NCBI GenBank assembly: GCA_000934665.2
Contig: JYFJ02002405.1
Coordinates: 1 to 57,385, forward strand
DNA length: 57,385 nucleotides
Source: Catajapyx aquilonaris
Lineage: Eukaryota
Reading direction: 5' to 3'
In this document: positions 1 to 10,124 of the stretch, piece after piece
Numbering within the stretch: position 1 is the first letter of the stretch
How the letters are laid out: the number at the start of each line of letters is the position of its first letter
Notes under the pieces: generated by a model
Databases searched by the model: none
What the model was told of the DNA's origin: nothing
The model's input: only the letters and a program-made list of their open reading frames with translations
Translations under genes and position numbers: made by a program

Positions 1-237
1 TTATGCACTTTAATGTCATTGGGTATTAATATTGCACATTTGCGTATTATGTAGCAGACGAGCTATTATGCGGCAACGTAAAAATTATGGTCGTACAGGA
101 GGTTAACGTAAACGCACCCGATTAAATCCTTAGCTTTAGCTATTTAGCAAAGGCGAATTTTTTAGTTAGCTTATTAGCTGTTAGAGAAGTTAATTTTTCG
201 GATAGCTGTGCCCACCTCTGTTTTGTTAGTAAGTTAG

Positions 238-354
238 GGTGGATTTTTTGTCGTACTACTAGTTACTTCTAACTTATAGCAGTACCAGTGTAGTGCAATA
301 CTGCAAATGTACTGCTAGGTTAGCAGTAACTCGTAGTACGACGAAAATTCCACC
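238..354. mobile_element. Fold-back MITE-like element with ~46-bp imperfect terminal inverted repeats
   Basis: Left arm GGTGGATTTTTTGTCGTACTACTAGTTACTTCTAACTTATAGCAGTAC (from 238) matches the reverse complement of the right arm ending at 354 (GGTGGAATTTTCGTCGTACTACGAGTTACTGCTAACCTAGCAGTAC). No coding capacity. Confidence 0.7.
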
Positions 355-519
355 GTTCGAAATTAAATAGTAAGTTAGTCACCAGTTATTTTCACTCATT
401 TGCCAAGCACAGGGCCGTTTCGCGACCCGTCCGCGTGAGAGTGCTAGCGCCGCGTCCGATACGGTACCGTATTGGGTAGTGTGACGTCACGAAATGGACG
501 CCTGTTTCCAAGCCTGGTA

Positions 520-674
520 AGCCCTGGGGTTGGAACGCGGAGTCGACTCAACCCCGCGGATGTTCGACATTATGCATACGGATCGGGCTCAACCCCGGGG
601 TTAACCCCAACCCGCTCTCAACCCGGGGTTACTCAACCCCGGGTTGAGAATGTCCATTATGAATACGGGCCTAA
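520..674. mobile_element. Probable end of a PIF/Harbinger-like MITE with palindromic subterminal repeats
   Basis: Repeated CTCAACCC(C)GGG(G)TT units at 547, 588, 617 and 632, and CATTATG[C/A]ATACGG at 568 and 656. The block ends ...AATACGGGCC followed by TAA (672-674), resembling Harbinger termini and TAA target sites. The other terminus was not clearly found. Confidence 0.5.
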
Positions 675-3600
675 TATTTGCTGAGGTTGGAGTTTTCTGA
701 TTTGTGTGCGTAACTTTCCTCGCTCCAATGGCGTACTTTTTTTCTTCACCTGTCCCATATTTTAGGCTGCAAATGAATAGCTTCGGGGGTTATCCTGTTT
801 CCTTCCATTCTCGAAATCTATCAATAACGAGGTGGTGATGAATGAAGTCGGGGAAGTCAAAAGAATATTTTTAAAAGGCCAGAGACCCTGCAAGGAGTAT
901 CCAGTTGTTATCAGCATTATTAACCAAACATTAAGGATAAAACATAAATGATTATTATCAATCAGGCAGGTCTTAGATATTCATGTAATCATTTTATATT
1001 ATTATCTAAAGCCCAGTAAAGCCATCGTAAGGCATCAGACATCAGTCGTGGGGACAGTAATATTGCTAGGGTGAGGTACTTTCACAGGTTCACATCATAA
1101 ACATTCGTCACGGTTTCATTTTTGGGGGGATCGTCAACTTGGGCAGAAAAAATAATTCTCTGTACAACGATGTATGCGCCTTATATCAATATTATACGAG
1201 AATTACTCTCCATCATGTATAAATACCCTAGGTATAACATCGACAAAAAGTAATACGGCGTGTTCTGCCACACTTGACTTCATACTCTGTGATGCAAGGA
1301 AATAATGCCATAAAAATAACAAATTATAAGAGAAATTGTTCATGTCATGGATCTAATACATGTCTATTGTGTAGCATCCAGTGTGTATTTATTTCGGATT
1401 TATAAATGTTGAAATGCTATTTACGTGCCATTAGACAATCTTAAACATTGGTTGGAGCGCTTGATACGGACTCCGTCACAGAACATTTAGCAACCGGAGG
1501 GCTCTCCGGAACTCAAATTCACATTGTTTAGTTGTCAGAAGAAATGCCTCTGTTAAGCTATAGTCCAATCTTTCTCTAGTTAATGATGGAGATAATGAGC
1601 TAACGTCGCCAGGAGAAGAAGAAGCGCATTTCAAATCAAAGACCGGAAAATTCTTTTTTTTTTCTTCATTTCCTCCACGGGCAGGTTGAGCCGTCTAGAT
1701 CCGAAGGATGCCTTTGGCTGCTATATCATCTGTCAAGTTCCGTTCATCAAATCTACCGAAACTCTAAAGTAAAAAAAATATTAAGCATAAAATAATTATG
1801 ATACACGTATGCTATTTGATCTGGGAGATAATAAATGTTGGCACTGCTATGCTATGCCGTATGGTGTACTGGGAAAGTTGCATATTGTAATGTCTATTAC
1901 TAATACAGCATACGTACCCGATTCTACAGACTGCAGTTTGTATGGTCCATGTTTTGCACTGTCCGAGTATGCTAGCGATGTGGAATTTGCCAAGAATTCG
2001 ACATGTCAAAAAAGGTCTGGCCGCAGCATCCTTAGATATTTGATTTCAATAAAAGAGTTCAGTATACCGTATATCATCTTTTATGTCGCAGATGCAGCTT
2101 GCAACACTTCCATTGGCTCCGTCACTGCCCACTACACCCAATGAAATTGTAGTTCTAAATTGCCTAATCTGAAACATCTAGGAGTAGGGCCTAAAATATA
2201 AATTGAAAGGCCAAGGTCTCACGGAGGGACACATACCATACAGAATAGTTTACACTGCTCTAGGTTTGAACCCATTTTCTCACTAACCTCTAACGGGGCT
2301 GTTGAGATCAAGTTACACCTCTAAGGTGTGAGTGATCCTCTTGGGATGTCCATAAATTCACCCTAAAAGTGTGCAAGAATCATTATGTGGCGTTAGTGTT
2401 TTTTTTCCAAATGGAAAAACATTGTCTACGTAAGATGCGGGCGTCTCTTATTTAATGGCAGGAGTAATATGGAAGTTCACGTACGGTTAGGAGAAGAAGG
2501 CCTGCTTGTGCAATATGCTATAGTTTTTCGGCCTCTCCAATGCGTTTATAGGTACTGCATACCAGACAGTTGGTCGGTTGTGGTGATGAAGTTCCGCTGG
2601 ATTTTAAAGACTCGTAGAAATAGTTTGAAACCAGTTTTTTTGCTCTATTTTGCATGAACGACAGACACTATTGTCGATGCCTGCCTGTCACAATGTCGTA
2701 CTTAACCCATTCGTGTCTTTTAATAGGTGATTTTCTGGCCAATGACCGATGTCGACAGCCTTTATTATCGCCATAACGCAAGTGTTTCGCAAACAAATCC
2801 TTTTTATTGGGAAAAATATGGCAGTAGTGCGTCATTTTTTCTACCACACACAGCTGTGCCATGTGCGTTTTATGGTACTTTTTTTGTAGATACGGGATGG
2901 CAGGGAAATGTGCCAGTTTTTCCAGTCCCACCCAGACATTGGACATCAGTAAGTAAATTCAGGACGGGTTTTTTAAACGATTCTATGTAAATTTTTGTGT
3001 ACAAGCAATATTTTACTTGAGTGTCGAGTAACCATCATCCATCAATGATGTAAGCACCGCCGAATATTTTAAACGGTCCATTCAGAGACTACCAATAAAA
3101 TCAACCCGACCTTGTTTTATGTTAGAATAGATGCATTGTTGTACTGTACCTCGCACTTATAATAACTTGAAATGCCTCATTCTAACCATAGATTACAGGA
3201 CTTAAAACCGCCTGGTATTTGAGTCGAGCCAACGTAAATGCTCGAGTGTCATAAAGTCACATCATGGACGGGAAGTCGGCTTTTTCCTTTGACCAGCGAC
3301 CGTGCACCGTAACCGGGTGCTGGTCCCCTTTGAAGTGCATCCTGCAGGAGACTTACACTGGAAATGATGTATATTGAGTTGTAGATCAACTTGGGCAGGT
3401 AGTCTGCGCCAGCTGGTGCTAAAGACTATGCTCTGTTAGTCCACTTGGCTGATAACAGATGGCCGCAAACCAAAGGCGAAACAACCTGTAGCGCGCGTTT
3501 CTGATGATTCTGCCGTATCACGACATACACTGGCACGGAGATTATTAAAGCTGTCACTTCGGACGTTATCGCAAAACGTCACCTCGGAATGGCTAGGAAA

Positions 3601-6329
3601 AAAGTGGATATTTACATCGCTAGAGGAAACTGAAAATGTTGGCCAAAAGGCCTTGAATAATATGGCTAATTAATTAGCAGCGTATTTGTCTAGTACAAGC
3701 ATACCAATTTGCTATGCGGTTTAAAATACGCCATGTACACAGCTTGCCCTTGCTACTTGGTACAAATTAGTCGCAATTATGCCCGGCTACAAATGAGCAC
3801 TATTATTTGCTATAAATATGAGATGAAATTGGCATCAAATCAGGCCAAGGCTCGATGAGTCCTCCAAGTCACCCCTAGGCAACAACCGTTGCTGGAAAAT
3901 GGCTAGGCACGCTTATGCGTAGAGCCGGCGTTGTTATCACCCCCGGACACGGAAACACACGAGCGACAATAGATGACAAAATCATATCAGAGGCCGTGGA
4001 GTGTATGAATGGGAGCTGGGAGCTGTAATAGTCGCCACGCGTACTTCCGGACAGCGATAAAAAGGCCAGGCTGCGACGTTGCGCACGCACCCAACTGAAC
4101 CAGGCAGCAGTACGTGGTGGACAAGGAGACAAGAAGTGTATAACTGGGACTGTGCTTAGGAAGGCGGCGGCAAAAGAAGGAAAATCGACAAGATTGGTCG
4201 GTCGCTTGCTGACGAGGACTGGTTTCGTGAGTTGAAGGTGGTTCGAAAAGAGAGTAGAAAGAGAGAGGCCATTTGCGGCAGGGTGTAGAGAGCGGAACAC
4301 CATTTCTGAAGTGGAGGAGAGCCATGCCACCACCACCTGACGCGTGCTGGAGATGACGTCTTGGGTGCAGCAGCATCGTACCGGCCCAGGTAAGAATTGT
4401 GTGCTTAGAGACAGTATCGATGTGCCAAGAAAATATCTGTGGTCAGACTCGTAAACAATGCCGGGTGGAATTCGAGCTATGCGATGCATATATGCATTCC
4501 AGGCTATCTAGCCCGAGAAAGGCGGACTCGGTGGTTGCCTCGAGCAGCCTTTCGCTTCATATTGCTCGCGGAGTTAATCTGAATTTGGTGCTTCTTCCTT
4601 GCCGGCGCACCTGTATATGAAAATGGGCCTTCCGGGGACGTTGGCTGCTGAGCAGGTATGAATTGAAGGTGTGGTTACAGGTGGAGAGGGGGTGAAATAG
4701 TTTCCGTTCACGTGTCCTCATCAGAAATCGTCATCAAGGTCGTTGCAAATAGTAGTTTTGCTGTATCTGCTGCAGCCACCCTAGTACGTGTGAGCATGAT
4801 GACTATATAGCCAGTCTCAAACGGAAGAAGCCTAGTGTAATAGTGAGAGGCTAACGGGATTTGCCGGTTTGGCGCCCCAATTTTTTTGCAAAGTGAGATC
4901 AGGGTGGAAGGCCTTTGCGATGCTACAGAACTATTTATTTTTGGGGAATTCGGCCTCGGATTAAACGGATTGTCCTTTAAAATCGTAATTCATCTGATGA
5001 GAGCTTGTTAATGCTAATGAACTAGAGGGGGGTCCCAAGTTTTGCACAGTTTATGGGTGGAAATTTGCATGTGTCCATTAATTTATTATATGTGTAATTT
5101 GCGGCTACACGGCTAATTGAGGTAGCGTGTAGGTTAAGTATGGGTCTGGCTAGCGAAGGAAGCAGCTGGGAGCGATTAAGTTTCGTGACCTGAATGAAAA
5201 CATGGGGAGACATACCTCTCACCTCCAGGAACTGTATAACCCCTTGCTAAAGGTGGACTGGAAAAAGTCCTTCCTTTCAAATCCCGTTAAACGGATTGTA
5301 ACGAGAGATAAGTGCAGTAGTCGCCGTGGGGGAGGTCCATGTCCACCTTTCCCCTCACCTGGTAGTACTGACCACTACACGTTTTACCCTAGACATGTTA
5401 CATCATCCGCCATATATTGGACTGACTGCCCTTGTCTGCTTGAAAATTCGACTTTGCTGGAGCATCATGTTGGGTATGTCGTATGTGAAAGGACAGACGG
5501 ATACCCTATAGGAAATCCCGTAATTGGGAGGAATCAGAGCCTGACTACCTTCTCTACTCCCTTTCTCTACAAGTCACAGCTATTCTTCCTCTTTTCATTT
5601 TTTTTTTCTTCTTCTTCTCCCGCCTTCGCTCTCATGCTACTGATTTTTTTTTCTTTCACTTTTGAGCCTGGAAGCGAGACGAATCGGATATTTACACGGG
5701 TTTGAAGCGTACGATTGTACTGTTAGATTGGGCGGTTCCGGTTTCGTCTGATGGAAAGATTTTCTTATAGGAGTACGCATGAAGTTGATGTAAATGGAGA
5801 CTTGCATCAGTCCCCGGTGCGCATCAAATTTCGACGACGACAACATCAAGGTGATGAAAAATACTGGAGGGGAAAAAAGCGGCGTATGCCCAAAAGGCAG
5901 GAGAAAGTCGTGACGTCGTAGCACCTAACCCACCTGACATGTTTGCAGAAATGGGTTGGGCGTGTCCCTCGGGAGGGGTCCAGGAGCAGCAACACACCCG
6001 GATGCTAAGGTGTAAGGCCGATTTGTGACCTTGTCAAGAATGTTGCAATCCGATTATACAACCAATATGCGTGCTTTTTTCCGGGAGCTGTCGCAAACTT
6101 TCGGACAACCCTGTAGTATATACCACCAGTGAAAATAAGGGTATTTGAAACGGGGTCCCTCAACGGTCAGTCATCCCAACCGTAAAACTTTACAGCCCTG
6201 TTTAGCCAGATTCGCAACATGAATCAATCTCATGCTAATATGGTCCATTTCTTCCCTCTTCATCCGAGGTGGCTGGTGCCTACAAGTAGAAAGCATTTTT
6301 CTATAGTGACACATGTCTCTTTTCAGAAG

Positions 6330-6465
6330 ATGAAATCTGTCGGGTTGGAAGTGAAGATGGAGCCCGCCGAAGACCTGTCCTGGCCTGATGAAGAAATCGA
6401 GGTGGATGACCACGTGAGTCCTCAAGAGCTGGAACTGGCTCTGGAGGCCGCCACTCATCGAGAAG
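6330..6465 (+). CDS. dimm: dimm coding exon 1 ([28 protein letters not shown]...)
   Basis: Acceptor TCTCTTTTCAG ends at 6326; ATG at 6330. The phase-1 donor G|GTCATA at 6466 matches the phase of the 6556 acceptor, but it is a weak donor. Confidence 0.7.
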
Positions 6466-8053
6466 GTCATACCGGCTATAAATATATGGAGTATATCTAT
6501 GAGTGAGAAAATAAAAGAGAGGAAAAGTGATCGACAGTGTGTGTGTACCCAACAGGGACAGAAGAAGCAGCTCCGGAGTTCTGCTGGGACAGTTCTGGAA
6601 GTGAGGGCAACGCTGTTGGGGGCAGGAGAAAGAGGAGCCAGCATAGCAAACTGAGGGCCAAAAGAGGGGTGGCAAGTGGGGGCGGGGGTGGGGTTGGGGG
6701 AGGCCTAGGGGCCAACTCCTCCTCGTCCTCGTCCTCTTCTTCGTCGTCGTCATCTTCGTCATTGTCTGGTCGAAGGCGAAGGAATGGGGCTTCAGCTCGC
6801 GAGAGGAACCTTCGTCGTCTGGAGAGCAACGAGAGAGAAAGGATGAGGATGCACAGCCTCAACAATGCCTTCCAGGTTGGTCGATTGTTGTGTTTACTCC
6901 GGTTTACTCCCTTATTCTTACCATTAGAGGGATTTTACCCCAGTAGAAATCCTACCCATATTCACATGTTACACGTCACGTTGTTACATAATCTCTGCCG
7001 AATATTCGTTTACGTGCGATTTTGAAATGGCGATGGGAAGTCTCCATTATTAAGAAGTTATATACCCGGTTATACCCCATCAAAGGAAATAATAATAAAA
7101 TGCTATACACCAAGTAAACCTTGAATTTCTGTGTGCTGCCTGCATGTATACTGTACGACCAACATGTAGTGGTCCATGTTAAGTTACTCTGCATCACATT
7201 GGACCTACCTATTTCTGCTTTGATGGGAGATAGGCAAATGAAGGCCAACCCTGATTCTTAGTCATCCAAGATCCAATCCCTCCAGATCCGCTGTCAGATG
7301 TTTTTATCCCATCAAGGTGTAAATAAACAGCTGTGATGCATATGCACAGCACAGTTTTACCAGCTCTTACCACATGTTGGTGGTAACAGGAAATAATATA
7401 GTGATAGCCATTGGGGATCATGCGCAGAACTCTGGGTGGAACCAAGTTTATCGCTTTATTTTGACGGAAACGCCTTATTATTAAGTTGTTTAATCGTGGA
7501 CTAACTAAAGTTTGCTCATTCGCCAGTGTGTAGTTTCATAAATGGGAATGGGTCCAGCACCTTTTGGATTGCAGCCATCTGTTTATGATATAACATGCAT
7601 TGCATTCCTGACTGATAATGAACACAATCGCGCATTTTCAACATCATCTGCATTCTTTGCAGCAACTGCGAGAGGTGATTCCACACGTTAAAATGGAGCG
7701 GAAGCTATCCAAAATAGAGACTCTGACGTTAGCTAAAAACTACATCATGGCACTGACCAACGTCATCTGCGACATGAGGGGCGAGGAAAAGCCTTACAAG
7801 TACGTGAAGTGAAAAGGACAAGAACTGCTTGTTTACATAGTTATCATTTTGCTTCAGGTTTGTGGACGCGGATGCCAGGGATGATGACGATGAGGAGCTT
7901 CTTCCTGAGGTGGAGGAGGAGGATGAGGAAGAGGAGGAACCAGAACCAGCACCAGAACCAGCACCAGCAACGTCTTCAACGGCAGAGGTCACCGAGGCCA
8001 ACAACAACTCAGTTTCTCAGCAGAACTATGAGACCAGAAGGTCAAGATTCTGA
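6330..8053 (+). CDS. dimm: Protein dimmed / Mist1 (BHLHA15)-like bHLH transcription factor; join(6330-6465,6556-6875,7663-7799,7858-8053), 262 aa
   Basis: Spliced bHLH reads [68 protein letters not shown], characteristic of Dimm/Mist1. All three introns are GT-AG with matching phases (1,0,2); total 789 nt = 263 codons. Confidence 0.92.
6556..6875 (+). CDS. dimm: dimm coding exon 2 (Gly/Ser tracts, basic region and helix 1)
   Basis: Acceptor AACAG|; encodes [21 protein letters not shown]; donor CAG|GTTGGT at 6876. Confidence 0.9.
7663..7799 (+). CDS. dimm: dimm coding exon 3 (loop and helix 2)
   Basis: Acceptor TTCTTTGCAG|; encodes [32 protein letters not shown]; donor AA|GTACGT at 7800. Confidence 0.93.
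7858..8053 (+). CDS. dimm: dimm coding exon 4 (acidic C-terminal tail, stop TGA)
   Basis: Follows a 58-nt intron ending TTTTGCTTCAG; the phase-2 join gives [37 protein letters not shown]...RRSRF*. Confidence 0.85.
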
Positions 8054-8765
8054 ACAAATCTCAGAGATGGGCTCATTTTGCACGAGAGCAGCTCAAAAAA
8101 AAGGAAAAGAAAAGACAATGACCGTGTTTTTTGGGGTTTCCTATGTAAGTAAGGGCGATTGGGACTCGAGTCCTTTGACCATTGGTCTGCGGATTGAATG
8201 AGCCAAAAATGCTTGCATTCTTACTAGCCAAAAGACATGGGGTGTGTTCATTTTAAATATATGTAGCTGAAGAATTTGAAAGAAAAAAAAGGGGGTGAAG
8301 AAGAAGAATCACACGTGGCTGTGACAGCGCTTTCAAGAGGCAAGGGTTCAAGTTGTGGCGTCACCAGTCGCCCCCTGCAAATGTCACTGAATATTACTCT
8401 TTTGCTCTGTTGAGATTGCGAATTCAGATATACGCTTATTGCAGTAGTTACGCATCATTTGGATGAGAGTGCCCTGCCGTACTTATGCTGATAGTGCCAA
8501 CGTACTCGGGAGATACATACGAAATAGCATATTATATTTTTGTTGTAAATATTGCAACACAGAGGTAAAGTGTGTTTAATATAATTATGGAAAGAGATGT
8601 TTACGGGCTGTTACCAAAGTCGACGAAGTTTTTGGTAATGGAATTTTATCCTTGGGATATACAGGAGTTTGAAGTTGCTCTCTGCAGAAAGTACACTGAT
8701 TACCTTGAGAGGACGTATTATTTTTAATATAATATTATTATCCACCTCTCTGCATGTTTCGTACA

Positions 8766-8785
8766 AATAAACCCAAGAAAATAAA
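8766..8785 (+). terminator. Probable dimm polyadenylation signals (two AATAAA)
   Basis: AATAAA at 8766-8771 and 8780-8785, followed by T/GT-rich TTGTCCGTCTTAGTGTTT, about 720 nt after the stop codon. Confidence 0.55.
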
Positions 8786-9877
8786 ACTTGAAAACTTGAC
8801 TTGTCCGTCTTAGTGTTTCAGGAATTTAAGCGCTGGCGCTGGAGTGTAAAGCAGGCTTTTTTCGTGGTCATCGAAGGAAGACCTATACATGGCTGTATAC
8901 GTATACTACATAATTAGAGATTCTCTGAGTACTGCCTCCAGAAAATAAAACTGAGTTAATGTTTAATATATTCAGAAGCAGCTTATTTTGCGGAGCTGTT
9001 TTAGGGAGATGAGTTCAAAAATATCACATTGCGTATCCAAATTGCATGAGTGTGTGAAATAATCAGTTCCTGAGTTACAGAAAATGGATATTATAGAAAG
9101 AGCTTTTGAAATTTTGTCATTGCCAGTGGTGCCGGTAGGCAAAATACTAAATACATGGATATAGAAACCAATTTTACGTGAGGTAGGGAAATTAATTATT
9201 TTGTCTTTTGAAATTGGCCTTGGATTTATTTTGTATTTATATTTTGGTACGCCCACCGCTTACTACTGCATGATGATTATAACAGGAGAAATGAATGAAA
9301 CTAAATGACAACGTATAATCATGTAGCAAAGGGGCTGACATATATTTTCCTATAGTACAGTATAAGATTAAATGGGCAATATTGAATATCATTCAAATTT
9401 TGGGCCATAAACCTGCAAGTATATCCTGTCTCCGCTTGAATAATACATATATTACTTTCATATTGTGTGGTCAGAGTACAATTTACGGCATTTGTTTGTT
9501 GCAGTATCCAGAGATAAGTAGCTATTCGACACTATGTCATATATTCGTAATCCAGTGTTTTAAAACAAAGAATTATTTACCTCCAAGGTATAGAAAGCAA
9601 GGTCTTCAAATCTCCGAATCTCGTATACAGGAAACAGCACACTGTAGCTCAGGAATGGACCGTATCCCACTGACTATAGCATATACTGTTGGTCTACACT
9701 ACTTGTACGTAATAATGTTGTATGGTTACTTGCAGAGAGCCTAGCTAGGTGACGGACAATAGCATTGTTGCAGGCTCTTAACACAATATAAGAGTCCACA
9801 TACAGTATACGGTATACTTTAACATTTAATACCCGTACATATCACAAAAAGGAAGTCCACTTACTTGGTGTAGCACT

Positions 9878-10124
9878 TCATAATTGATATTAGGGAGGTT
9901 GGCCCAGCATTGCCTCTTCAACCTCCATGGATAGGGAAGGAAGGAAGGAAGGAAGCGGTTGTGGCCTATTATACGGAAGCGACCCCGGAATTATCCTAGA
10001 AAGACGTGGAAAACCACAGAAAACCACAGAAAACTACGGTCAGGGTTGCCGGCCAAGGGATTCGAACCCAGGACCTCCCGATTAGCAGTCGGATGCCTTA
10101 TCCACCATTCCAACCTGCTTCGGT
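9878..10124 (-). mobile_element. tRNA-derived SINE with 13-bp target-site duplication
   Basis: Minus strand has a Pol III A-box-like TGGAATGGTGG (10112-10102) and B box GGTTCGAATCC (10068-10058), then body GTTTTCTGTGGTTTTCC...AGGCCACAACCGC(TTCC)n, resembling insect Lm1/Talua-type SINEs. Flanked by TTGGTGTAGCACT (9865-9877) and TTGGTATAGCACT (10125-10137). Confidence 0.85.

Noticed and set aside
3875..4489. 204-aa and 129-aa minus-strand ORFs
   Set aside because: No recognisable domain or splice structure; explained by GC-rich, purine-skewed promoter/UTR sequence of dimm.
4484..4497. Perfect 14-bp palindrome ATGCATATATGCAT
   Set aside because: Low complexity and expected by chance in 57 kb.
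6171..6865. Several long minus-strand ORFs
   Set aside because: Antisense shadows of the low-complexity dimm exons.
8051..8153. Stop-codon readthrough of dimm into a KKRKRK-containing extension
   Set aside because: TGA-A is not the leaky TGA-C context, and the basic run is explained by A-rich UTR sequence.
10050..10124. tRNA gene suggested by A and B boxes on the minus strand
   Set aside because: No complete cloverleaf or acceptor stem, and it continues into a SINE body with a TSD.
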